DNA from: Podarcis pityusensis
Taxonomy: Eukaryota
DNA: 64,000 bases
Reading direction: 5' to 3' (one strand)
Assembly: GCA_964106645.2 (NCBI GenBank)
Contig: OZ067041.1
The notes beneath the pieces were generated by a model. That model did no database searches, was not told where the DNA came from, and saw only the letters and a list, made by a program, of their open reading frames with translations. The position numbers and the translations under genes are program-made. This document shows, piece after piece, positions 28,021 through 38,448 of this stretch (position 1 is its first letter; the number at the start of each line of letters is the position of its first letter).

Positions 28021-30011
28021 CACACATAATGGCCTCTAGGTTGCAGGGATGTGAATACAGCATCAAGAAGTTCAGGTATATTGCAGTTCTGGAATTGGTA
28101 ATTGAATTTTTGCTCTCATTGCTATCTCTATTGTTTTTTACTTCATACAATCTGAAGAAATCCTGGGTTATTACTGATTTGAATATGCAAATTAATTAGC
28201 ATAGAAACAATATCAGCGTGCTTTCCAAATTTATGAAATTCTTCAAAGGTCTGGGTTTCTTCTGTGGTTCCTTTTACCAGTCAACTCATGGTTCATTTGA
28301 GGAATTTTTGTTTGTTCTTAATTTCAGTGCATATATTAGCAAAGTTGTCCCAAAGTTAACAATTTAACATATCAAACCGTATATTATTCTTCACTACATT
28401 TTTTGTTCCTCCAGCTTCCCTTTTTACTCCTTCCCTTGCCTCTCTTTGGTTTTTCTTTCACTCTCTGCCTCTAATAGTCTCCCCAAGTGATAGTTAGCGA
28501 TCTCAAATTCAAGACAAGCTGTCTCTGCTGACAAACACAGAAGTCAGTCACACTGCTCACCAAAGGGGAAAAAGACAATTGGTCTCTACAGCACACATCT
28601 GATGGCTGCATTCTTTTCCATGGTAGGGAAGGAATCTGTCTCCCTTCAAACTTTCTTAGTCCATTTGATTTGCATTGATTATGTGGCCTTGGGGGAATGA
28701 AAGGTGAAACAGCAGAAGTTGAGCTACTCAACTTCATGGGGTACCCTAAAACCCAAAGGGCATATTTGTGATTTCATCATAAAGTTGTAGCAGCCTAAAT
28801 GAGTCGTACAGTCTAATTCCTTGTGCTAGGTCATCCCCTTGTACACACATACCCAGCAGTACCTCATTTAATCCTGTGTGTCCCTAAACCGCAAATAGAT
28901 TTGAAGCCTCTGATTTAAAACATTATTGAAAATGTTTGGTTGTAAGTCACTTTGGGTTGCCTTTAGCAAGATAAAGCAACAAACAAATTTAATAAATATT
29001 AATAACAATAATATTAAAAGAAGCCCTGTGCTTTGGTGTATCTCAGTGATGCTCACCAGTATCTGATCTTGTCATGTCCTTGACCTTGCATGGTAGCAAG
29101 CCAAGCCAATAGCTGCAGTACCTTGAAAAGCTCCAAATTCGAAGCCTATCTTAAGGACTCGATTAAATAATTTTATATCTTCAGGAACAGATCACACTCA
29201 GAGGCTCTGCACATTCCTTGAGAAGTCCTTAAACAGGCAGTCCTTAAAGCCCAGTGTTCCTTCGCTCTGAAATTTTCTTCCAAGATGATAATGATGACAA
29301 TTTATATACAGGCCTTCATCCAAAGATCTCAGGATGGTTCACAAGATCTCAGGAAAAGACCAGGGGATGTAGCTTGCTTCCTCAGGGGTTTACAGGCTCC
29401 AGGAGTACAGACCCTTATTCAGCAGTCTCTACCTCAAGAGCCTCTGATCTGATGCTCTCTGACTCAGGCCTGCTCATGATGGTAAGGGTTGGGTCACTTT
29501 CCAGTAACCCTGCTGGCATTGGTTCAAAGGATCTGGCCTGGCCCTTCTCATCTGGATCAGAACCTACCCATACCAGCATTGGGATCCTGACAACTAATTT
29601 ATCAGAGAAACTAATGTAGGAGATTTTTATCTCCTCTTTCTCCAGACTCATACCTTAGGGGAAACGTGTTATTTTGTAAAGAATAGGAACTGAAGCAGAC
29701 TCTGGTCTGGTTTACACATGCACATACTTCATTTGATTTCTTTGCACTTAATGTTTCTTCCTCAAATTTTCCCCTGTACTATCCTTGACATGGTAGTACA
29801 ACACTAGCTATTCATTACACTCAGTATTAATCAAGAAGGGACATTTAGATTTTTTAGGCCAAAAATTGAGATGAAATATTTACTGGCGGGGAATTCTTTT
29901 CTCACTACTGATTCTTGCAAACTTCAGCATGGAAGCTCTTAAGTTTCATCTTTTTTTTAATCTGGTTCATATTGATTCCCTTCAAAGCTTTTACTTTTCT
30001 GTCATTTTTTA

Positions 30012-30261
30012 CCGTATTGGCCCAAATATAAGCCGCACCCACAAATAAGCTGCACCTTAAAAATTCGGGGGGGGGGGAGAGAAAAGACATTTCCCCATGT
30101 TCCTGGGCTGCTTCCTGGAGGGGGCAAAGCGGTGTGGCTCTCTCCCCCAAGAGCAGCCATGGAGCTGTCAGGGGAAAGGAAAGGTCGCAAATATAAGCCG
30201 CACTTTAACTTTTCACTGTCAGAATTGGGGGGGGGGGTGACATATATTCGGGCCAATACAG
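30012..30261. mobile_element. Tc1/mariner-superfamily MITE
   Basis: TA-CCGTATTGGCCCAAATATA...TATATTCGGGCCAATACAG-TA with internal ATAAGCCGCAC repeats. Confidence 0.85.
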
Positions 30262-32679
30262 TAATTGAAATTACTCTTTTCTTTTCTTTCCTGTTCAGTT
30301 TCACGGGTTATTCCAACTAACTGGGAATCATGTAATGAAGAGGATGATGTCTCAGTGTCATATAGATTAGGCTATATGGTGTCATATAGCCAACTGAGAG
30401 TAAGGAACAAGGACTGCATCAGTTCTGTGCATGATCTAAGTTGGTCAGACAACTGATTGCCCTCACTCCTATGGCTCAATATTTTCTGCTCCATTTGTCA
30501 CAATCATTGAAAAAGTGTTAAATGGGAAAAGAGCCGCTGCAGATACTCTCAAAAAGTGTCCCCCTCATTTCAGTTCAGCTTTAGCTCTCTATGCTTCTGA
30601 TAATGGATTTCTGCAGAAAAATGCGTTACATAAATTAAAATTTGGCTGATTCTACTTTTTTCAGTTGTTCATTATAATTTTATTCCCTTGGATATTAATG
30701 TGCATATATTTTAGCTCAAAATGTATCATGTGTTTTCTAGTCTCAAAGCTATAATACAGAATCATGTGTGATTGTGAGTGTGTTTATCACACACACTGCA
30801 TCATAGTGGTTGTAGTAGGCTGTACAAACAATATGCTAGCCACCTTAATTGGATCCTGATGCAAAAATATTAACTGAATGACCCAGCAAGGAAGTGGTTT
30901 GACGCAAATGGTAAAACATTATGAGAATAAAATACTGAGACAATAAAGAATGCTAATTGCTGTGTTAACTGAACTTAGCTGTTGTGTCCTTGGTTAGCAT
31001 TCAGCGAATTTAATTAAACGAATGCATATTTTGGTAAATTTGCTTGAAATTTCTGCCTACTATTCCACTTTGGTGAAATTGGAAATTTCAACCTGAATTA
31101 AGTTTTTAGTTAATTTCAACAAGTGACTTTTGTGCAGAAAATTCCATCTCATATTAAGTGGCACTAATTCACTTATTATGTGCTTTAATTCCTTGTAAAT
31201 CCCATAAAGCAGAATTGCAAAGCACCTACCACTACTAAATCAAACTTCTATTGTCTCAATGAATATAATTTCTGTATGCTGAACAGAAAAGGAAAACCAA
31301 GACAACAGATGCTTTGTCGCCATTGTTACTAGAGTTCCGTTTTGTATTTTGGCAAAGCTTTAGCCACATGATTGATGCACTGGTTTTGCTCCATTCAGTT
31401 TAGCAATCTATGCAATTTTCTACCATCCTGATTGAGTTTGTACCTTTCCTACAGATGGCATTTTCCTTTCTTAACTGTCTCCTGAATTCCTGAGTTACTG
31501 TGATGCATACGTCATTGGGAGCTACCCATGTGCATCTGATGGTTTGATTTCTGCCTTGTGCCTTGAGGCAGATGATAATATTAAAAATGTGCAAACTAAA
31601 TGGCCAGAATTATTCATACTGATGTTCACAGCAAAGTCTCCTATTAAGAAAATAAGAGCCTCGCTGCATCAAACCGAAGGCCTAATTTTTGTCCAGAATT
31701 CAGTTCTTTAAAGTGGCATGCTGGCTCTGATCCTGGAGGTAATATAAACCATTATGGCTAGTAGCCATTCATAGGCTTGTACTCCATGAATTTGTCTAAT
31801 ACACTAAGTCATCTAAGTTGGTAGACATTGCCATATCTTGTGGTAGGAAATTCCTTATGTGCTGCAGGAATAAATATTTATTTTTGTGTGTCCTAAATCT
31901 TCCAACATTCAGCTTCAATAGATGACTCCGGGTTTTATGAGAGGCAGAGATAATCTTCACTGTCCCCTTTATTCACACTATATGTATGGCGCTGAACAAT
32001 AACCCAAATGTGCTCCCCATTTTGGGGGCAAGGTGAACCAGATGGGCAATGAAGAGCATGGAGTCACAAAAGATTGACCTATGAAGCAGACACCCAGACT
32101 GCCATTAACGGGCCTAAAACACCTCTTGTTTCAGGAAATTTCCTTTTTTCATACAGCATCACACCTAAATTGTAAAATGCATTTGGCAGTTGGAATGTAG
32201 TCCACCATTTTTCTGCAGCAAAAGGCTTTTTTTCTAAATTTGAGAGCCAGTGTGACTTGGTGGATAGTGTCTTGGTTTTCAATGGGCCTGGTTCATAGCC
32301 ACACTCAGCCATAAAACTTACTACATGACCTTGGTCACCTGTATTAGTTCTTGTGAGGAGGGGAGAGATGGTCATGTATGGCACCCTGAGCTCTTTGGAG
32401 GAGGCAGAATACAAATAAGGATTTTGTCCTTGATACAACTTTCTACAATCTGAAGTTAGAGGACCTTGGGATTTCTGTTGCCAGTAAGTTTGAATATTGT
32501 TTTTCTGTCCATTTCCATTGAGCATTGTGACCATTTATAGGAATAAGAACAATTCTGTAGTAACATATCTTGGTAAAGAAAGCAAACACAATGGGCTAAA
32601 CATTTTGCTCCTACAATGTATTTTGTATGAAATTTACAATAACTACCAAATAACTACCCAAATAACTACCAAACTGTTA

Positions 32680-32812
32680 GAAGACATCTGAAGGCAGCCC
32701 TGTTTAGGGAAACTTTTAATGTTTAATAGGTTACTGTATTCTATTGTTTTGTTGGAAGCCACCCAGAGTGGTTGGGAAACCCAGCCAGATGGACGAGGTA
32801 TAAATAATAAAA

Positions 32813-32850
<38 letters not shown>
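32680..32850 (+). mobile_element. L2-like LINE 3' tail ending in (TTA)n
   Basis: GAAGGCAGCCCTGTTTAGGGAA...GGAAGCCACCCAGAGTGG...GGTATAAATAATAA; a paralogous copy lies at about 2780-2920. Confidence 0.65.
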
Positions 32851-32852
<2 letters not shown>

Positions 32853-34252
32853 CATCTTATTTGTTTGTTTTTTAATAATTTTAATTAGCGATGTCACCAA
32901 AATAAGTTGTTTGTAACTAGTAAAACTTCATAATATCTGACTCCTATATTGCACAAAATTTCTGATTTTTCCCCACCTAAAAACCCAGAGTCTGAAAAGA
33001 GTAAATAAAGCAAAAGAATCAACAGTTTGCACTATTATTATTTATGTTCATCTTGCTTGACAGCATGAGTAGTCCTCTTTCACTTTGCAAGCTCCACCAC
33101 TATTTTATCAATTAGCAATACTAAACTCTGTTCATATTTTGCTATTTTTATTTCTAAACATATTAAGGCTATTTGTTTCCACCTGATATCCAATTTGCTA
33201 AAAATACATTTTCAGCCAGTTGATTCAAAATCCTAGCAGCTCTTATTTGTTCCATTTTGTCTTGTCTCTAGAGATTAGTTCAAAGCAATAGATCACACCT
33301 AACAGTGATGAGGTTGCAGCTTTGGACTCTATGAATGTAGATATATGCTCAGCTGCATATAGCAGAATTTCATGTTATCACCAGTTTTATTCCCTTGATG
33401 TTACAGAATAAACTTCATATCCACATGTAAATGAGGGCAAGTTGCATTACATGGCTTTTCCTTGTCATAAGTGCAGTGAAAGTTGAAGATTTGCATATTA
33501 CTACACTAATACAACTTGATCTAATAAGGACTGTCATTTTACCTCTTTTGTATTGTGGAATAGCTATGGCATGAAGTGTTGTGATAGATGGTCTTATAAG
33601 ATTTTGAACCCAGCTTTGTAGGCATGAATCATAACACACCAGGGAAAATGCCTAAAAAGAACTTACCATGCACTTCAATTGTGTATAGCTTTTGCCCTTC
33701 AGATGCAATTTCAATATTTTTATCGGTCACTTCTCTGTTCCAAAGTATTCAAACTTTACATCACTTGACCTTTTTTTTTATCTGCCATCCTATATCAAAT
33801 GTAATCAGGATGAGACAATAGTGAAACATCCCATTTGTGCATAGAGTGCCAAAAATGGGGGGGGGGGGCTATTCCAAAACTGCTTTATCCATAATTTTGG
33901 TAATTATTGATATACATAACAATATCATGTGGGAATATTGTGGCTTGCAACCTGAATACTCCAAAATGCTAGAAAATAACTTCAAGACTGTCTCTCTTAA
34001 TACCGCGTACAGTGAATGACAGCATCTCCCATGTTCAGCTGTCAGAATTGTGCAGAAAAAAATATCCTCCCTGCCCACAGCAAAAACATGAGCATTGGTT
34101 ATTTCTTGTACCTACTTTCATCATCAGACCTTTTTCCTTGCGCCTCTCACATTGACAACTGTACCAACTTGTACTCATCCTTTTTTCAACTTGTTAGTTT
34201 TTTAACCATATACAGTGGTACCTCGGGTTACAAATGCTTCAGGTTACATACG

Positions 34253-34660
34253 TGTGATGGGACGATGAGCTGCTTGTGTGTAAAATCCTAGTCCCTCAGA
34301 GTTTGGTCAAGTTTGCAAACCTCTGTCTGTAACGGAGCCCCTTAAACATGGCTCCGTCAGTCGCTGGCAGATTCCGACAGTGGTTGCTTTCGGAATCGCT
34401 TCCAACATAAAAGCTCCTTAACGGAAACACGTCTTCTGGACTCTCTGCGTGACAGTTTCCGGCGAGGAGTGGGTGTCCCTACAGGAGGTCCTGAAACCTC
34501 CCCACTGTTTTCGCTGGAAGTGTCTCTGAGCCATCCCTCCAGCTCACTTTCCCTCAGCTCAGCTCCTCTCCCCCTACTGGTTCCCTCTTCAGCTGCTGAG
34601 TCTCTCCCAACCTGTGTGAGCCCTTCCACCTCCCTTCCTTCCGATGGCAGTTCCCTGACA
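34253..34660 (-). repeat. 3' LTR (408 bp)
   Basis: TG...CA termini, immediately preceded on - by the PPT; same sequence as the 5' LTR. Confidence 0.97.
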
Positions 34661-37600
34661 TCCACCTCCCCTCCAGGGCCCCCTTCATCCCCTCTCGCCC
34701 CCTCCTCTACGGGCGGTGAGGAGGCAAAACCCCGGAATGAACTTCCTTCATCTTCCGATGTCCCGAACACTTCTCTCCACCTGTTGCGGTTCCTGGTCTC
34801 GAAGTACTCCTCCTCCTCAGAGTCCATCTCCCCTTCCCCTTCCGAGTCCGGGAATCCTTCCAACTCCTCCTCCTCATCGGTGGTCCCAAAGTATTCCCTC
34901 CGGAACCTCTCCACAGGCTGAGGTTTCCTTGGGAACCTTTGATGGAACGTTTCTATCAATACCTCGTCATTGATATCTTCTGCCATTACCCAAGTGTTTT
35001 CTGACTCCGGTTCTCCTTCCCACGCTACCAAATACTCCACCTGATCCCCCTTCCATCTGGCGTCGAGGATTTCTGCCACATGGCTGCTGCATTCCCTTTC
35101 TTCTATGACCGGTCCCCGAGTGGCCATCCCTTCTCGTCCCCCCTCATACGGTGACAGTAACGACCTGTGAAATACTGGGTGCAGTTTCATGTGGTTGGGT
35201 AACCGGAGCCTGAAAGCCACTGGGTTGACCTGTTGAATGACCTCAAAGGGACCCAATCTCCTGGGTCTTAATTTCTTACAACCTCCTTTGAACGGCAACC
35301 CTTGGGTTGACAGCCACACCCTATCTCCCACCCTTATGGTTTCACCTTCCCTTCGGTTCTTGTCTGCCTGCCTCTTGTATTCTTCCTTCGCCCTTTCTAA
35401 GTTGAGTTGGAGCTGACGATGGATTGCTTCCATTTCTTCTACAAAATGCTCGGCTGCCGGGACACCCCATCTCTCCCCTTCTCCCCCTGGGAAAGCCCTG
35501 GGATGACACCCATAATTAGCCAAGAAGGGGCTCATCCCTGTGGACACATTCTCGGCATTGTTGTAGGCAAATTCCGCCAGCGCCAACTTTTCTACCCAGT
35601 CATTCTCTCTGTCATTGACATAACACCTCAGGTATTGCTGGAGGACCCCGTTTGCTCTTTCCGCCTGCCCGTTGGTTTCAGGGTGCCGGGCAGTCGAAAA
35701 GTTGACCTCCACCTGCAGTAAGCTCATGAGCTTCCTCCAGAACCTGGAAGTAAATTGTTTTCCTCGGTCTGAGACCACCCTCAATGGCACCCCGTGCAAC
35801 CTAAAAATGTGTTCTACAAATAACTTCGCTGTCTCTTCCGCCATGACTGCATGCGAGCAGGCTACAAAGTGGCACATCTTTGTTAGTAGGTCTACCACCA
35901 CCATGATGGCTGTTTTCCCCTTGGACTTCGGCAGATCAGTCATAAAATCTATCGACACTGCCTCCCAAGGTCGTTCTGGGGTTGGTAAGGGTTCTAATAG
36001 CCCCGCCGGCGCCCGCCTCTCCCCTTTGGCTCGCTGGCATTGCTCGCACCCTCTTACATACTCCCGTACATCTTCCCTCACCTTAGGCCACCAAAATTCC
36101 CTGGTGACCAACCACATGGTTTTGTGTTGTCCAAAATGCCCCGCCGTGGGGCTGTCGTGCAACTGCTTGAGTACCCTCCCCCTTAAGTCTCCTTCAGGGA
36201 TATACAGTGCCCCTTTGTAATACAAAGCTCCATTTCTTTCCTCGAAACCCCCTGGTTCCTCTCCCTCACCCCTAAGACCTCTGAGCTTATTCTGGGCGTA
36301 TTCATCATTCTCTGTTTCCTCTACCAGTTCTCTTTGTCCCACCAATGCCGCCCCACACACCCAGCGGTCCTCTGGAATGACATGTCTCTCTTCGGGTGCT
36401 CCCTCCCCCTCCAAATATTCAGGTTTGCGTGAGAGAGCGTCCGCCCTAATGTTCTCTGGGCCTGGCACGTAACAAATCTCAAAGTTAAATTTGGAGAACT
36501 CCTGGGCCCATCTCACTTGCCGTTGGTTGAGCACTCGTGCCGTCCTCCAATACTCTAGGTTCTTGTGGTCAGTGCACACTTGCACCTTATGTTGTGCGCC
36601 AATTAGCAGGTGCCTCCATCTCCGGAACGCCTCATGAATGGCTAGTAGTTCTCGGTCATACACCGTGTAGTTCCTCTCGGATTTGTTCAGCTTTCGCGAA
36701 AAAAAGGCACACGGTCTCCACTCTGACTCCTCCTTCCCTGGCTGCAGAAGCACCGCCCCAATAGCTCTGTCTGATGCGTCAGTTTCCACTCTCATCGGTT
36801 TTTGTAAATCCACATGCAGGAGTTGTTGTTCCGAGGCGAAGGCCCTTTTTAGTTCCTCAAATGCTCGCTCCGCCTCCTCAGTCCAAACGAACTTCTTCTT
36901 ACTGCTGAGACAGTCCGTAATGGGCGCCGTCAGGTGGGCAAAGTTTCGGATGAACTTACGATAGAAGTTCCCAAATCCTAGGAACCTCTGCACATCCTTC
37001 CTTGTTTTGGGTGTTTTCCATTCCAGCACCGCCTGGACCTTGCCGGGATCCATGGCCAATCCCTTGTCTGACAGGCGATACCCCAGGAATTCCACCTCCT
37101 TGGTATGAAACTGACACTTCTCCAGTTTCACCCACAGCTGGTTGGCTTGCAGCCTGCTCAACACTTCTCTGACGTCTCTCACATGCTGCTCCTCATTCTC
37201 AGAATACACCAACACGTCGTCTAAGAAGGCCACACAATTCTTGTAAAGCAAAGGCCCCAGGACGTGGTTCATAAACGATTGAAAGCACGCGGAGCCTCCT
37301 TGTAGGCCGAAGGGCATAACTAAATATTCAAATGCCCCCAAAGGGGTGAACATGGTGGTTTTCCATTCATCCCCCTCCCTTATTCGTATCAGGTTGTACG
37401 CCCCCCTTAGGTCCAGTTTAGTAAAAATCTTTCCCTTCCTGACCCTTGTCAAAATGTCGTCAATCCTGGGCATAGGGAAAGCCACTGGTTCTGACACTGC
37501 ATTTAAGGCCCTGAAGTCACACACAAGCCTCGGCTTGTTCGTGTTTTTTTTATCCACAAAAAACACTGGGCTGCCCCCCACCGCCCTGGACTCTCTGATG

Positions 37601-38448
37601 AACCCTCTCTTCAAGTTCTTGTCAATGAACTCTCTTAGCTCCTGCATCTCTCTGTCTGACATGGCGTACAGCTTGCCTACAGGGAGCTGTGCCCCAGGGA
37701 GTAAATTGATTTGACAGTCAAAGGGTCTATGCGGGGGTAATTGGTCAGCTTCCCTTTCGCTGAAGACGTCGCGGAGATCTGCGTATTGTCGTGGTACCTT
37801 CACGTTCTCCGTTACTTCAGTCCCTGCTAGGGTGGCTTGGGCCCCTGCCAAACCCTTTCCCTCTTTGCAGTGTTCTAAGCAATGTGCTGAACCAAAAGAA
37901 ACCACTCTCTGATGCCAGCCCACCAGCGGATCATGTAACGCTAGCCAGCTCATCCCCAATATAATGGGAGCTCCTCCCAAGGTGGCCACATTAAACGCTA
38001 TCAGTTCGGTGTGCCTTGCCACCTTCATTATCATTGGGACGGTCTGCAAGCTGACTTCTCCTCCCAACAGCTCCCTGCCATCGATCGTGGTCACCTGCAG
38101 GGGGTTGCTTAAAGGGATCGTCTGTATCTGGTGTTCAGCTGCAAACTCTTTGCTCATGAAATTGCAGGAGCTGCCTGAGTCCAACAGCGCCTTTATCTTT
38201 AGAGGGTGTCCGTTTGGCAGCTCTAGCGCCACTTCTATCACTAGGGCGGGTTTAGGAGGTTCTGGCGTGGGCACTTTCACTGCTCTTTGGCCTGGCTGCT
38301 GTGCCCCGACGGTGGCAGCCAGGCGTTGGCTTTTACTTGCTTCGGTATTTCTTCCTCTCTTCCCTCCACAGCTCCTACCATCCCTTGCCATTCCTTCCTC
38401 TGGGGGCAGACTCTGGCAAAGTGACCTGGCTGTTGGCAGAGATAGCAT
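34357..38448 (-). CDS. pol: Pol polyprotein (protease, RT, RNase H, integrase, chromodomain, acidic tail); probably entered by -1 frameshift near 38331
   Basis: Protease ALLDSGSSCNF; RT KLDLRGAYN, MPFGL, FLDD; RNase H VETDASD...RELLAI...TDHKNL; IN zinc finger LHDSPTAGH...CEQC; DDE core SIDF/SDRG/NGQAER; GPF motif; chromodomain EYLVAWEG...NTW. The ORF overlaps gag in the -1 frame. Confidence 0.97.
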   Translation of the reverse strand: MLSLPTARSLCQSLPPEEGMARDGRSCGGKRGRNTEASKSQRLAATVGAQQPGQRAVKVPTPEPPKPALVIEVALELPNGHPLKIKALLDSGSSCNFMSKEFAAEHQIQTIPLSNPLQVTTIDGRELLGGEVSLQTVPMIMKVARHTELIAFNVATLGGAPIILGMSWLALHDPLVGWHQRVVSFGSAHCLEHCKEGKGLAGAQATLAGTEVTENVKVPRQYADLRDVFSEREADQLPPHRPFDCQINLLPGAQLPVGKLYAMSDREMQELREFIDKNLKRGFIRESRAVGGSPVFFVDKKNTNKPRLVCDFRALNAVSEPVAFPMPRIDDILTRVRKGKIFTKLDLRGAYNLIRIREGDEWKTTMFTPLGAFEYLVMPFGLQGGSACFQSFMNHVLGPLLYKNCVAFLDDVLVYSENEEQHVRDVREVLSRLQANQLWVKLEKCQFHTKEVEFLGYRLSDKGLAMDPGKVQAVLEWKTPKTRKDVQRFLGFGNFYRKFIRNFAHLTAPITDCLSSKKKFVWTEEAERAFEELKRAFASEQQLLHVDLQKPMRVETDASDRAIGAVLLQPGKEESEWRPCAFFSRKLNKSERNYTVYDRELLAIHEAFRRWRHLLIGAQHKVQVCTDHKNLEYWRTARVLNQRQVRWAQEFSKFNFEICYVPGPENIRADALSRKPEYLEGEGAPEERHVIPEDRWVCGAALVGQRELVEETENDEYAQNKLRGLRGEGEEPGGFEERNGALYYKGALYIPEGDLRGRVLKQLHDSPTAGHFGQHKTMWLVTREFWWPKVREDVREYVRGCEQCQRAKGERRAPAGLLEPLPTPERPWEAVSIDFMTDLPKSKGKTAIMVVVDLLTKMCHFVACSHAVMAEETAKLFVEHIFRLHGVPLRVVSDRGKQFTSRFWRKLMSLLQVEVNFSTARHPETNGQAERANGVLQQYLRCYVNDRENDWVEKLALAEFAYNNAENVSTGMSPFLANYGCHPRAFPGGEGERWGVPAAEHFVEEMEAIHRQLQLNLERAKEEYKRQADKNRREGETIRVGDRVWLSTQGLPFKGGCKKLRPRRLGPFEVIQQVNPVAFRLRLPNHMKLHPVFHRSLLSPYEGGREGMATRGPVIEERECSSHVAEILDARWKGDQVEYLVAWEGEPESENTWVMAEDINDEVLIETFHQRFPRKPQPVERFRREYFGTTDEEEELEGFPDSEGEGEMDSEEEEYFETRNRNRWREVFGTSEDEGSSFRGFASSPPVEEGARGDEGGPGGEVDVRELPSEGREVEGLTQVGRDSAAEEGTSRGRGAELRESELEGWLRDTSSENSGEVSGPPVGTPTPRRKLSRRESRRRVSVKELLCWKRFRKQPLSESASD
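34661..34674 (-). other. Polypurine tract (plus-strand primer)
   Basis: GGAGGGGAGGTGGA directly abuts the TG of the 3' LTR on the - strand. Confidence 0.9.
38269..38337 (-). promoter_or_regulatory. Predicted -1 ribosomal frameshift signal (slip site plus H-type pseudoknot)
   Basis: A_GTA_AAA, 6-nt spacer, perfect 10-bp stem GCCTGGCTGC/GCAGCCAGGC, and loop GGGCAC complementary to downstream GTGCCC, all within the gag/pol overlap. Confidence 0.7.

Noticed and set aside
34357-34920. env-like gene in the LTR element
   Set aside because: No signal peptide, transmembrane segment or separate ORF; the region is the in-frame acidic Pol tail.
38338-38448. N-terminal part of the annotated 1363-aa ORF as an independent Pol start
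   Set aside because: It overlaps the gag zinc-knuckle coding region; entry by -1 frameshift at the pseudoknot is more consistent with this family.
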